From Camelus dromedarius (taxonomy: Eukaryota), in the NCBI RefSeq assembly GCF_036321535.1, contig NC_087437.1, forward strand, positions 79,114,001 through 79,178,000: 64,000 nt of DNA. The letters run 5' to 3'. The notes under the pieces are model-generated. The model was not told the origin of the DNA, made no database searches, and saw only the letters and a program-made list of their open reading frames with translations. The position numbers were made by a program, and so were the translations under genes. Positions 14,101 to 26,899 of this stretch are shown in pieces (position 1 is the first letter of the stretch; every line of letters begins with the position of its first letter).

Positions 14101-16131
14101 TGATCTTATGTTTAGAAAAATCTAAAGATACAACCCCAAAACTGTTTAAGTAAACAAATTAAGTGCAGGATATTAAAATCAACATATGGAAGATACTTGC
14201 ATTTCTGTAACAATAAAATATTTTTTTAAAAGAAAACAATTCCATTCATAATAGCATCAAAAACAGTTTATTTAGGAATAAATTTAACCAAAAAAAGTAA
14301 AAGATCTGTACAATGAAAACTACCGGACTTTGATGAATAAAATCAAAGACACAAACAAATGGAAAGATACTCTTTATACATGGACTGGAAGTATTAATAC
14401 TGTTCAAACACTCATCCTACCCAAAGTCTTATGTAGACTCAATGCAATACCTGTAAAAACCTCAATGGTATTTTTCACAGAAATAGCAAAAACAACCCTG
14501 AAGTTTGTAGGGAACTACAGAAGACTGTATATAACCAAAGCAGTCCTGAGAAAGAATAAAGCAGGAGACACCAAACTCCCTGATCTCAAACTCTACTACA
14601 AAGCTACCATAATAAAAGCAGTATGTAATTGGGACACAGACCAAATAGAACAAAACCAGTTTCCAAAAGTAAACCCTCCAATATGTGGTCAACTAACATT
14701 TGTCAAGGGAGATAGGAACACTGAATAGGGAAAAGGTATTCTCTTCAATAAATAGTTGGAAAACTGGATAACCACATGAAAGTAAATGAAATTGGACCCC
14801 TATCTTACACAACTCATAAGAACTAACTTAAAATGGATTAAAAACTTAAGCATAATACCTGAAAGTATATAATTTCTGGAAAAAAAACATAGGGAAAAAC
14901 TTCTTAACATTAGTCTAGGCAGTGCTTTTTTGGATATGACACCTATGGCACAAAGAAAAAAAGCAAAACTCAATAACTAGGGCTAGCTACATCAAACTAA
15001 AAACCTTCCACACAGCAAAAGAAATAATCAGTAAAATGAAAAGGCAACATATAGCTTGGGAGAATATATTTACAAACCATTTATCTGGTAAGGGTTAATA
15101 TCCAAAATATATAAAGAACTCATACAACTCAGTAACAACAAAGTGAGCAATTAGATTAGAAAATAAGCAGAAGAACTGAATGGAAGTTTTTTCCAAGGAA
15201 TAAACACAAATGGCTAACAGGTATATGAAAAGGTGCTGAACATGATTATTCATCAGGGAAATGGAAATCGAAACCACAATGAAATACCACTTCACCTGTT
15301 AGAATGGCTGTTATTAAGAAGACGAGAGATAAAAATTGTTGGCAAGATGTGGAGAAAAGGGAACCTTCATGCACTGTTGATGAGAAAACAACTAACGGTT
15401 CAGCCATTTAGGAAAACAGTATGGATGCTCCTCAAAAAATTAAAAATAGAATTACCGTATGATCTAGCAACCCCACTTCTGGGTATATATCCAAAGGAAA
15501 TGAAAACACAACATGGAAAAGATATCTGCACTCCTGTGCTTACTGTAGCATTTTTCAAAATAGCCAAGATATAGAAACAATCTAAGTGTCCATAAACAGA
15601 TAAATGTATAAAGAAGATCTGATGTATATACAGTGGAATACTAAACACCCATGAGAAAAAAGGAAATCCTGTCAATTGTGACAACATGGATGGACCTAGA
15701 GGGCATTATGCTAAGCGAAATAATTCTGACAGAGAAAGAAAAATACAGTATGATATCACATATATGTGACTCTAAAAAAGCTGTACTTATAGAAACAAAG
15801 TAGAATGGTAATCACTCAGGGATTGGGGGTGGGGGAATTTGGCAGATGTTGATCAGTGGGTACAAACTGCAGTTAGAAAATGAATAGGTTCTGGAGATCT
15901 AATGCACAGCCTTGAAATTATAGTTAATGATACTCTATTGTATACTTTAAAGTTGCTGATACCAGACCTTAAATACACAAAAAAACAAACTGATAGTTAT
16001 GTGACCTGATGTAGATGTTAGCTAATGCTACAGTGGTATTCGTATTGCAATGTAAAAATTTAGGAAATGAACATGTTGTACACCTTAAACATACACAACT
16101 TTATATGTCAGTTACATCTCAATTAAAATAA
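11118..16131 (+). mobile_element. 5'-truncated LINE-1 of about 5 kb (L1MA-like): 3' half of ORF1, spacer, decayed ORF2, 3' UTR
   Basis: Track peptides match L1 ORF2p (LNIYSPNIRAPKYIKQLLTDLKGE; LPDLKLYYKA; LKKLKIELPYDLATPLLGIYPKE). RT core GCAGATGATATG (ADDM) near 14091. Ends CATCTCAATTAAAATAAAG. Confidence 0.97.
12020..15800 (+). pseudogene. Disrupted L1 ORF2 (endonuclease/reverse transcriptase)
   Basis: ATG at 12020 followed by IITLNVN. Many stops and frameshifts; the longest track fragments are 132 aa. End coordinate approximate. Confidence 0.9.
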
Positions 16132-17776
16132 AGTTAATGAGCCACGTGTGTGCCTGAATCGAAAATCTTTTTTCATACCAGTTATGACTTTAGTGTTGTA
16201 ACACAGATATTTTGAAATTTTGTTATGTCGGTATCTTTAAACCATCATTCTTACTTTCAATGTGTAGTGTTCTAGCACATTGGGTAGCATATGATTAAAA
16301 ATGTATATTTTTCAAGCCTCTGTAAAATATTCTTCAAATTCTTTTCTTGGTTTTGATTTATTTGTTATTTTCTCAAAATACAGTACTCTCTCTGTAATAG
16401 AGAACCTGCATTATAGAGATTCTCCATCATCCAATTCAGTGAAATAAATAATGCTTAATTATACTTACTGAATTTCATCAAATTAAATTGAAATGCTATC
16501 AGTGTAATTTGCCATTTACCAAAGAAAGCTGTTTAACCTTTAATAAATGTTGATTTTGCACAGGCAGTGAGATTGTTGAGGATTTTTTTATACAAAATGC
16601 CACATTCATCTTAAATTTTTTTAAATGTCACTTCTGCATTATTAAAAGTAAATAAACCCAGTGTTGCAAAATTATGCTATACTGCCAGGAGATTTGACCA
16701 ATATATACTAAGACCTCAGGTTTTACTAAGATTTTCATGCCTCTACTTTAATATATATGTAAATCAAAAATAATGTAAATTATGTGGAGTCCTTTAATTC
16801 ATCCCAAGATAGATATTTTTATGGTCTCTGTTAATTATTTTTGTTGCAATCATTATTGATTTTCAGTGGGCATTAATAGTGTCCATGACAATGGGCTCAT
16901 CAGTGTTCCTTGGTAGCTTGTAAGAGAGAGATTACCTGTGTTTCCAACTGTGAGAACTTCTTAAATATCTTTTGAGTAATGGTTGGGATAACAGAAAAAA
17001 ATGAAAAAGTATTGTCAATAAAAAGCTGAAAGGCTGGGGAAGCTAGCTAAATCTCTTCAGAGCAATTTTGAATGAAGTATTGAAATACAAAGTAGAGGAA
17101 CTCAATTCAGTTTCAATTCAGAAAAAGCTTTTGCCTGAGGTTGATTTGATGTAAGGTTCAAGCAAAGAATGAAGACATTTCTGAGTATAGAAGAGATGGA
17201 CAATCAAGCAAACAAAATTCTAAAACCAACTAGCAGTGAATATATATATTTTTTTTCCCTCCCAGAATCTTTTGTGTAGTGAAGCCAAATAATCACTCTA
17301 GGAATCTTGTTTTTATGTAAGATCAATAGTTCATATGTCAAGAAATCAGGCAGATAGATAGAATGTGCTATGTGTTAAAAGAGAGAAGCAAAATATAAGG
17401 CATGTTTCAATAAAAATGATAATGAATAGAGTTCACACACAACTAAGAACAATAAATTAAAAAGTCATCTGAAAGGAAATGTACTTTGTATTTATTGAAA
17501 TATGTTGAAAACTATTTTTAAAAATAAAAAAAGAGATGAATGGTAAGAACACTGATATGTGTAAGGTTAGGATACAAAATAAAATACATACCATTTCACC
17601 TTTAAAATTTTAGATTCATATTCTTAGTGGTCAGGAGTCCTCTATCCTCCAAACTGAAGTGTATTATTAGTTTACAGGCTTCTTCAAAATTTTTTGATCA
17701 GAGGAAAGCTAAGAAAACCTTAGCACAATTTTGTGTGTAGTCAGAAATGAGTTTCTCACATTCTTGATAGAGTGCT

Positions 17777-17942
17777 GGGATGAATTTGTTCTGAGTCTAA
17801 CAAAATTTAAGCTTTAAAATCTCTCACTTGTACAGGCCCTTCTAAGGCCATGTACCTAATTTTCTATTTATAATTCTGTATTCTTATAGAGAGTCCAACA
17901 ATTTTTATAAAACCTCAAGTCTCAAAAACTTAGATTCATCTA
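17777..17942. mobile_element. Small hAT MITE (ORSL/Tip100-like)
   Basis: Terminal inverted repeat GATGAAT...ATTCATC; internal CTCACTTGTACAGGCCCTTCTAAGGCCATGTACCTAATTTT resembles the recalled consensus. Confidence 0.55.
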
Positions 17943-18727
17943 TGGAGGTAGTATAGCTTTGATTAAGGTAACAAGAAGAAATAACAGAAATATTGTCATT
18001 TTCATTGTCAAAAATTCTTTTTTTTCTTAGTATTAACCTGTGGCCATGTTAGTAAGGCATTTCAAATCACTCGTTTTCAAGATGTTCTACAGCATCTTTT
18101 CAGTCTCTGTATAAGAAAGAAAATTAATTACCATTACTGCTTTTAGATCAGACTGAGAAATTCTCATCAGGAATTGCTCACAAATAGTTGAATTGCAGCA
18201 ACACTATACATACTTCTACTGTTGAACATCTATAGGATTTTCTCAGTAAACCATTATTTTAAGAGAGTATTTCTAACTTGGAGGAAAGCATTGACAGTTT
18301 TTCAATAAACAAGATGTTAACTTTAAAGAAAGCAGTTAAATTTAAGTTTTGATGCTAAGCTATATTTTTAGATATGTTGAGCAAATATCAAATGTCAGTT
18401 ATACTACCTCCTGCCAAAATATGGGTGCATGTGTTTGTGTGTGTGGAGACAGGGTGGAAGAGGGAGCGGGGAGAATGGAAATGATAGTAGGGTAGAGACG
18501 AAGGCAAGAAGGAAAAAGGCAGATCAGAGAAGAGATGGGAGTTTTCAGCTGCTGTTATTATTGCCAGGGCTCCAGAGGAAAGCAGAGTCCTATCTGTCTC
18601 AATATGTGAATCTTGAGGTCTTTGTCCCCACAATCCTGTTGCTGAATAGGATCTGCCTAGAAATTTGAGAATCATATTTGAACCCAAAGGAGTGTCCAGG
18701 CAGTAAGTCTCTTAATTTTAGCAGCTA

Positions 18728-18971
18728 AATTAGTTTGTTTGGGCTGCTATAACAAAATACCATAGACTACATGCCTTAAACAACAAACATTTATTTCTCA
18801 CAGTTCTGGAGGCTGGGAAATCCAAGATCAAGGTCACTAATCCCATGTATGGGGGCTCTGCCTTCATGACCAAATCGTCATCTCCCAAAAGCCCCACCTC
18901 CAGATACCATCACAGTGGAAATTAGGTTTCAGGATATGAATTTTGGCAGGACACAAACATTGTCTACAGCG
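18728..18971 (-). mobile_element. MLT1A-like LTR with internal deletion
   Basis: Both ends align to the 51234-51589 copy, but AAGATCAAGGT joins directly to CACTAATCCC. Confidence 0.9.
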
Positions 18972-19819
18972 ATTAACACTTTTTTCTCATCATATCCTAT
19001 CCAGAGACTATTCATTAATCTGGATACAGAAATGAAGAAAACTATTTTTAAAAAGATATAGATATTGTCTTGAATTCATAGGAAGAACTGCTTACATTCT
19101 TACGAATTTTAAAAATGATTGTTTTGCATCCTCATTACTGCTATTAATATTTTACTGTATTTGTAAGTAATAGTCTTACTATAAATTCTGTAGTGAAGGA
19201 GGGAAAATGATAATATTTCCTATTACTTAATTTACAAAAATGTATGGACCTATTTTTTCCAATGACAAAATATGGAACTCTTGTTATTTTACAATATTTC
19301 TGTGACCTACATAATTTCCACTTTACTTTCTGCTATTCATTATATATGTTAAATATTTATGCTAAATTTAAACTAATCATATGCTTCCTAGAGATGTGCA
19401 TTCCTACATTATAAACTGTTTACATAATGCATCTGTGTAAACATCTATTATATTCAAAAGACTGCCTCAGATGTATTTTCCCCTCACATGATCTTTCCTG
19501 AGCCCCAAAGGAGATATGCTCTTCTAAGCTAATCACCCTCTGCTTTGTATCACTCATTGTATAATTATTTTGCTGTATATTTAATGATAGACATAAGTGT
19601 CCTAGTTTCACTATGACTAATTGATTGTAAAAGGACAAAGAGTAGAAGCTCAGTTTTACTTATCTTTCCATCTACTCTCACCCTCACCTCCACTCTTATC
19701 CTCATCGCTTCACTTCTGTCTGAAAATATTAAGCGGTGATATTTAACAAAGAATACAAAACTGACTACATGTTAAGTAACTCATTTTATCATTTGGTCTA
19801 TTAGGCATCATTTAATCTG

Positions 19820-20010
19820 ATTCCTTTTAACTCAAATGGCCCTGTGCAATAGATATTATACGTATTCATGTAAGTATTCAGTTTTACAGATAAGAAACCT
19901 AAATGATACTCAGGGAGGTTAAAAGATGTGCTTAAGCTTACACAGCTGGAACATGTAAAGAGCAACGTTTTGTAGTACAGATCCACTACCCCCAAGGACT
20001 CTGAAATTTC
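19820..20010 (-). mobile_element. MIR SINE
   Basis: Antisense core TTTTACAGATAAGAAAC...GAGGTTAA...ACACAGCT. Confidence 0.7.
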
Positions 20011-20264
20011 CATATGCTTTGCTCTCAAGTACAATAAGGTTAAGAATGTGTCTAAACACTCTGAATTATTTAGCCTTACATGTCAGTCCTCTTGACATTA
20101 ATAACATCTAAAGGGAAAGAGGAAGTTAACAAAAAAATTCAGATACTAATATGATTATGCTAGTAAAGTTAATTAACCCTTTAGGGAAAAAGGCTAATAC
20201 TTTTATAATTCACTATATTCCTCCAAAGAAACACATAGGTTTAAAACTTATTGCTTGCACATAC

Positions 20265-20765
20265 ATTTTTTTGGAGGAGCAGTGTGTAACATTAGTATAG
20301 TGAAGTGTGCAAAATTCATAAATTGGTAAGCATTTACTCTGATGGATTTTTATATATTTGGATACTCCATGTAACCTCTACCTATCAAGCTATGGAACAT
20401 GCCTAGCATTGAAAAAAGGCTTGTTTGTGTTCTTTCCTGACATATGGGAAATAACACATGTTCTGTCCCCTATGACCGTAAATTAGCTATATCTGTTTTT
20501 GAACTTCATACAAGTGGAATCACAGAGTAAGGTGGTTTTTTACTTGCTTTAAACATAATACCTGTGAGATTCATCACGTTGTGGCATATCCATTTTTTAT
20601 CACTCATCTGCATTTGGGTTATTTCTAGTTTTTAGCCATCAGGAATAAAGCTGATAAGAAAAATGTGTACATGTCTTTTAATCAACCGAAGTGTGCATTT
20701 CCTTTGGGTGTAAGTCTAAAAGTAGAATTGCTGAATCATAGAACAAGTGCATAAGCAACTTTGGT
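20265..20765 (-). mobile_element. Old L1 (L1ME-like) 3' end
   Basis: TGAACTTCATACAAGTGGAATCACAGAGTA...GTAGAATTGCTGAATCATAG is typical antisense old-L1 3' sequence. Confidence 0.75.
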
Positions 20766-22759
20766 AAGTTTATGTTTTAATGGAAAGTATAACATGTTCG
20801 TTGGTAAGGAAGCAATGACCAGAACCATATACTGGAATTCATAGGTTTAATCTTGGGTTTTGTCAGCACTATAGGAATAGTATATTGAGTTATGGGATTT
20901 TGAATTAGTACCTATATTATTGATAATTTAAATTGACTTATGTTTTGTAGTCTGTAGTATGTTGATGTGAATATGTAGAAAATAGAAGCTAAGATTAGCA
21001 CATAATAGTTTTGTAATGGGAATCTCTATCAATTGTTTGCTTTTATTTTTATAAACCATAGCATATAGTATAAATAATTTAGTAGTAGTGTTAATGTTTT
21101 GTGTAATCACTGGATATATTTCCCTTAACAATTTTTTGCCCTTTTTTTTCAGTCTTCCCACTCTTAAAACAAGACCTTGATACTCTATTACTCCATAGAG
21201 AAAGTGGATGGGTTCTGCTTAGAAATAAAAGAAGAAAAGGATCTTTGCTGATGAGGTGAGTAGCGAGTTTTGGATGGTTAAACAAAAACAAAGACAAAAA
21301 AAAATAAACAAAAAAACAGTTATCTATATTTATCAGAAAACCAGACTTTTATCACTTTTTTACTCATAAGCTTTGGTCCACAAAGGGAATGTGGAAATCG
21401 CTGAGAGGATGGAAACGTCAGTTTAAGAGGAAGCTAAAAGCAAATTGGCATGTGGTCTTCTCATTTAGGATTCTGGAAGAAACAGCATCACAAAGTGTTT
21501 CACGTAAGATAGAGTGAGTTTGTCAGGCACTTAGGTCTCTGTGAGGAATAGGAATTATACCACACTTGTGAGTAAAAGATGACTAAGCATAAAAAACCCA
21601 TGCACCTGCCATAGTGTTGCTTTGGTGATGAGGAGGTGATCCCACAACAGTAGCTGCAGGGTCAATAGCTCCAGAAGCCAGGGGTGGGATGAGGCCCAGG
21701 CCTCATGGATTCCAGAGAGTCTCCACTATCATGATGGAGGTGGGCCTAGTCAATCTTAAAGTTGGGGTTGGAAGGGCAAGGAAAAAAAGTCCTGAACATG
21801 CCAAGAGAACAGTCACAACAGTCGTGGATACTTCAGCTGATAGGTTGTAGCATAGCAAAAAGAGAGGTCAAGTGTCATGAGTCAAGGTTCAAGAACAGCC
21901 TGAGATAGAGAATCACATGGGAACCAGATAACCTAACCCATCACTGTAGAATACTACCTTTGGCCTGATATACAAAAACCGACTTTTAAAAATATTTTAA
22001 GGGGAAATATGATGAGGGGAGGTAAAAAAGTATAAAGATACTCAATACAGAGTTTGAGCCTTAAATTGAATATGTACCCAAAATGAAATCATTAAATTGT
22101 TTACCCATTTGAACATTACTAAAGTTTGTCACTTCAATTAATTTTGGGAAGAATCTACTATTTCTTTTCCTTTCTTTCATTTATTTTCCCTACCTTCCTC
22201 CCTCTTCTCCTTTCTTCAGTTTATTTAGGTAGATTATTTTCCTATCCTTTTCATTTTTTCACTTTTAGGATATGTAACTGTACTTACGATTTTAGACAAA
22301 ATGTAAGTTGAACCTCCTGGTATAATTATATGTTACAGGCAAAGTGTCTAGTTGTGATTTGCAAGGATGATTTAAAGGGCATTAAATGTATGCATCTTTT
22401 AAACAGGCAATGAATTTTTAAAACAGATAGAATATGGATTAATTGATGACTGCAAAGCCTTAAACTGAGTTAAAATTTCTGTAGAATTCTTCTACATTCC
22501 TTTAAGTTTATAAGGCCTACTCATTAACTTAAGCTATTCAAAATTTCTGTACCCCAAAGATAGCTTATAATATCTGTGATATTTTCCAGGCATTCAGGAA
22601 TATAAGAGACATACATTATTTTTATTATTTTTTTCCCTACTCCCTGAAAGGAAGGTCACCTCGTGTCTTTCAGCCATTCTCTCCTGGAAAGTTATCTTTC
22701 AAGACCTCAGTCAGAACAAAGGCTAGTTCAACACCCGTAAGTGCTACATATTCCTTTTC

Positions 22760-22980
22760 CCTCCAACATTTTGTTATGAAAATTTTCAAATATCCAGAAG
22801 AGTTGAAATAATTGTATAATGATAGCTAATATACATACTACCGAGCTAATTAGCATGCTTACTCTATCACACACCTGTCTTTCCCCCTACTATCCACTAT
22901 CCCCATCATGTATTTTTTATATTTCAAAGTCATGAAAACTTGAACTTCTGAGTTATATACAGCACATGCCATTATTAAGT
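22760..22980 (-). mobile_element. Old L1 (L1MC-like) 3' fragment
   Basis: TTATGAAAATTTTCAAATATCCAGAAGAGTTGAAATAATTGTATAATGA. Confidence 0.55.
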
Positions 22981-24452
22981 AAATTTTATGCTATTCCCAC
23001 TTATTCAAACTTTCAAGTTTTCATGACTTGTAGCACATTTTAAAGCTCTGACCTACTGCTAGTCTATACCTAGGAAAACAAAAGATAGGAAATGTTGAAT
23101 ATAAAACAAGCACTTCTTTGTAGTATAACTCATGTTCTCATTTGGCCAATAATTCTTAATATAACTGTATAGTACTTCTAATTTTCAAATCATTTTGGCT
23201 TATATGTACACCTTATGTGATTGGTTTCTTTGCCATTATTTTATGGCTTTAGCTCAGAAATGCCCAAGCCACAAAAGCAGACGTTGAATGTTTATCTTCT
23301 CACTCTATACTCTGTGCTCTTTCATTCTACTCTACAGTCACCACAATTTTTCAGTTGTAGGTTAAAAATTAAAATCCAGTAAGTGTGATGTTTAATTTGT
23401 ACTTTGTTATGTGTAAAAAAAATCGTCCCCTTTATTTTTCGATTTTTTCATTTAGTTCATACTAATACTATAATAATCCATAGGGTTACTGGAAAATGCT
23501 TAAAATTTCCCATACAAAAATTACCTTTTAAGTGTTCAATAAAGTGGTTTCATAAGTGAGCACATGGCTTGGAATTAATAGGTATTGTCTGACAACCATT
23601 TTTAAAAGTCACCCTTTTCCCATAAAACATGCTATTTTTTGGTACTGTAGAAAGGCTGTCTTAAATGTGAAGTTAGAGGAAGACATTTTTAAAAGAACAT
23701 GAGCAGTGTTTAGAAAGGCAGCATTTTTGTTAACGTTAAGTAGAATGCTAGAGTTAGAGAAAAATCTCCTGATGTAGGATCCAGAAGCTACTCTGCCACA
23801 GAATAAGTTAACTGTCCAAACACAACATTGGAAGATAACAAAGCTGTTAGCAGTCAGTCTTCCTGTACCTATTGTACCAAGGAGGCAAACCACAATCTGT
23901 CTTCCAGAAAAAGACCACCTGGAAACTTCAGAAAGGAGGATTTCTGGCACCCTCCCCAAAAAACAACAACAACAAAATTCTGCTGATTTCATTAAATTGG
24001 AATTTTGATGGAAAAAAATTGGAAAGTAATGCCAGTAAATGCAAGAGTTTCTTTAGGCCTTACAGATAGGGATGAGATTGCTGGTCAGCTGTCAAAGGCA
24101 GACACAGAAAGTGTATGTATATCTAATTTTAATAAACAGGTCAAACTGTTTTTTATTGGATTTACACTATTTAACATCTGTCAAAAGTGTATACATTTTC
24201 TGGTTTTACCGCATCCTTGCTATCCCTTGATGATATTACACTTAAAAATTTTCCAGTCTCATGGTGGATATACTACAGCTTCTCTTTGAGGTTTTATTTT
24301 GCATTTTCCTGCTATATATGGATATGAATTTATCTTTTCCACCATAGAGGCATCTTTATTTTTGTATATTTTCATCTTATGCCATACTGAATAAGCTCTT
24401 TAACATATAGTATGAACAATTAGCAATAATGTTGCATGAATTCCTATAATGT

Positions 24453-24707
24453 AGAAGCAGTAAACTGAAGTGGTTAAGAACATGGACTGAGTAGCCAGAT
24501 TATGTGGGTGTGAATCATGCTTGCATCTCTTACTACCACAATGAACTTGGAAAAATTAGTTAACCTTCTGTGCCTCATTTACCTCAGTCTTTAAAATGGG
24601 CATGAGAACATACATAGCTCATAGATTTACTGTGAGGATTAAGAATATTACTATATAAAAGTACTCAGACAAGTGTTCAGCACATAGTAAGCACTATGTA
24701 AGAGTTG
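24453..24707 (+). mobile_element. Near full-length MIR
   Basis: GTGGTTAAGAACATGGACT head, CTGTGCCTCA...AAAATGGG core, CACATAGTAAGCACT tail. Confidence 0.9.
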
Positions 24708-25345
24708 ACAAGGAACACAGTGCTTTATTAACACCTCATTATCTGAATATCCCAAAGGAATAGTCTGAAAAATGAACCTCAGAAGAGCTGAATGAAAGAC
24801 ATTCCCAGTGCTTTCTCCAAATACTTCTGATACCAGACCCTGAAAATAGAAAAGCACTTTTCCAGATGGCTTAGCTGCCAACTTGACATTAGGTCAACGG
24901 ATCCAATTGATTGTATAGTAATCAACCATTAATATCATAAAAATAAATGACAATCAGCTGTGTGTTTATCTCATGATGTTAAAAAAACACATTTAGAAAC
25001 TAGTTCACTTGTAAATTGGCTAGATGGTCTAAAAGTTAGCAGCTGGGATTTCAAGATAAAAGAAAAACTTTCTCCAAGTCTTTAAAAATTATAATTTCAT
25101 TTTTAATCAAGTTTTCAAATTGGAAAATAGTAAGTCAAGCACAATGAATTTAATAAAGGACATGTTGATTTTGAACAATAAATTCAGTTGTCTAAATTTT
25201 TGAGGAAATGTCTTTTTTGAAGCTGTTTATGTATCAGTTGTTAACTCTTTACATAATAGACTTTACTCCCGCACGGTCAGAACTTAACTGCCAATTTTCA
25301 GAAGAACTATTTGTAAATGGGATGATGTCATATACAGACTTTACT

Positions 25346-25495
25346 TTAAAAAAAAGATTGGGGGGTAAAATAATTAGATTTATTTATTTATTTATTTATT
25401 TACTTATTTATTTATTTTATTGGAAGTACTGGGTATTGAACCCAGGACCTCATGCATGCTAGGCATGCACTCTACCACAGAACTATACCCTCCCC
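25346..25495 (-). mobile_element. tRNA-derived SINE, camelid vic-1-like
   Basis: Reverse complement GGGGAGGGTATAGTTCTGTGGTAGAGTGCATGCCTAGCATGCATGAGGTCCTGGGTTCAATACCCAGTAC has A and B boxes and an (AAAT)n tail. Imperfect TSD ACAGACTTTACT / ACAAGACTTTTACT. Confidence 0.88.
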
Positions 25496-25687
25496 ACAAG
25501 ACTTTTACTTTTTTATTCATTCTTTTTTTTTTTAACACTGAATTTACACCCATATTTTGGAAAGAAAGGGATTTTATTATTTCTTACGTTATCATATTGG
25601 TTTATGATTGATCACAACAAGTAAATATTAATTATTAGGGATCTCATTAACTGATAGTTCATTTCAGTCAGTCCCTAAGGTAATTAC

Positions 25688-26196
25688 TGTGCTGGTTAAT
25701 TTTATATGTCCATTTGTCTGGGTCATGGGAAGCCAACATATTTGATAAAACATTATTTTGGGTATTTCTCTGAGAGCAATTTTAGATGAGATTAACATTT
25801 AAATCAGTGGCTTTTGAGCAAAGCAGATTGCTCTCCATAATATGGATGGATCTCATCCAATCAATTGAGTCACTGAATAGAACAAAAAGTCTGGCCTCCC
25901 CCAAGCAAGAAAGTATTTCTTTAGCAGACTGCCTTTGAATTCATCTGCAACATTGGTTCTTCCTGGTTCTACACACATGACCTTCAAAGTTGAACTGGAA
26001 TATTGGCTCTCCAGGGTTTCCAGTTAGCTAGCCTTTGGACTGACACTGTGGTAACAGCTCTCCTGGGTTTTCACCCTGCAGATTTTGGATTTACCACCCT
26101 CCATAATCCTATGAGTCAATTTCTTATAACAGTATGTATACACACATAGATATAGAGATAGATATAGGTATATACACATCCTTTTGGTTCTAATAC
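25688..26196 (+). mobile_element. MLT2 (ERVL) solo LTR
   Basis: Starts TGTGCTGGTTAATTTTATATGTC; contains GATGAGATTAACATTTAAATCAGT and AAAGCAGATTGCTCTCCATAAT; simple repeat near the 3' end. Confidence 0.92.
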
Positions 26197-26899
26197 TATA
26201 AAAAAGAACTACAAGTACTTGAGACTGTTCCTGTGAGAGCAATAAACATTTCACATGTCTGGCTCCTGGAGGCCAGGTGGTAGAAAGATACAAGTACACA
26301 TACATTTATTCATTCTGATTCATCATAGGACAGTCTCCAATCTGATTTTTATGTAAATATTTGTAGGTTTATATCTTAATGCAGGGCAAAAACATAGTTC
26401 TGGATTTAACCACTTATTTCCATCTGAAAAAAACATGACAGCACATTATGGTACTACATTGAAAATAAAGATCAAGGCCTTTTTTTATTACCTATGCTAT
26501 TTACCAGTTTGAAGATGTATTGTTTTTTTGAAAAGAAAAGAAAATGTTTTAAGCAACTCTGAATAAAATATGATGGATTCAAGGCTTATTCAAGTCCCAC
26601 ACTTGAAATCCTTCAAAATGATCAAAAAGAAGAAACAAAGAAAAACATTGCATTTGTATTTATTGAATAGAGACACTTTTCCTGAGTAAAGTTTTTTTGT
26701 TTGTTTGTTTTCCTTGTAGTCAATAATTTCAGAGTTCTTTATAAAAATAGGATGACAAAGATTATGGAGCTGAGGCTTAGTTTCCCTGTAGTATCCTTGC
26801 TCCTCACTACAGCTACCAAGTTGGTAGCTATGAAAAGACACACACATTAAAGTGGAGAATAATTTAAAATTATAGATGAATTGTAAATTTCAGGCCTAG

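Noticed and set aside
12320..15574. ORFs of 113-132 aa with recognisable endonuclease or ORF2 C-terminal motifs
   Set aside because: Fragments of a dead L1 ORF2 separated by stops and frameshifts; not a functional gene or a new RT system.
21400..21960. GC-elevated block that might be an ancient LTR
   Set aside because: I could not identify termini, a TSD or a family by eye; left unassigned pending a Dfam search.
23609..23992. 127-aa minus-strand ORF
   Set aside because: No recognisable domain, low-complexity start and no clear splice context; consistent with chance.
25420..25495. tRNA-like sequence with A and B boxes
   Set aside because: It has a SINE tail and TSD-like flanks and a degenerate A box; it is a SINE head, not a tRNA gene.
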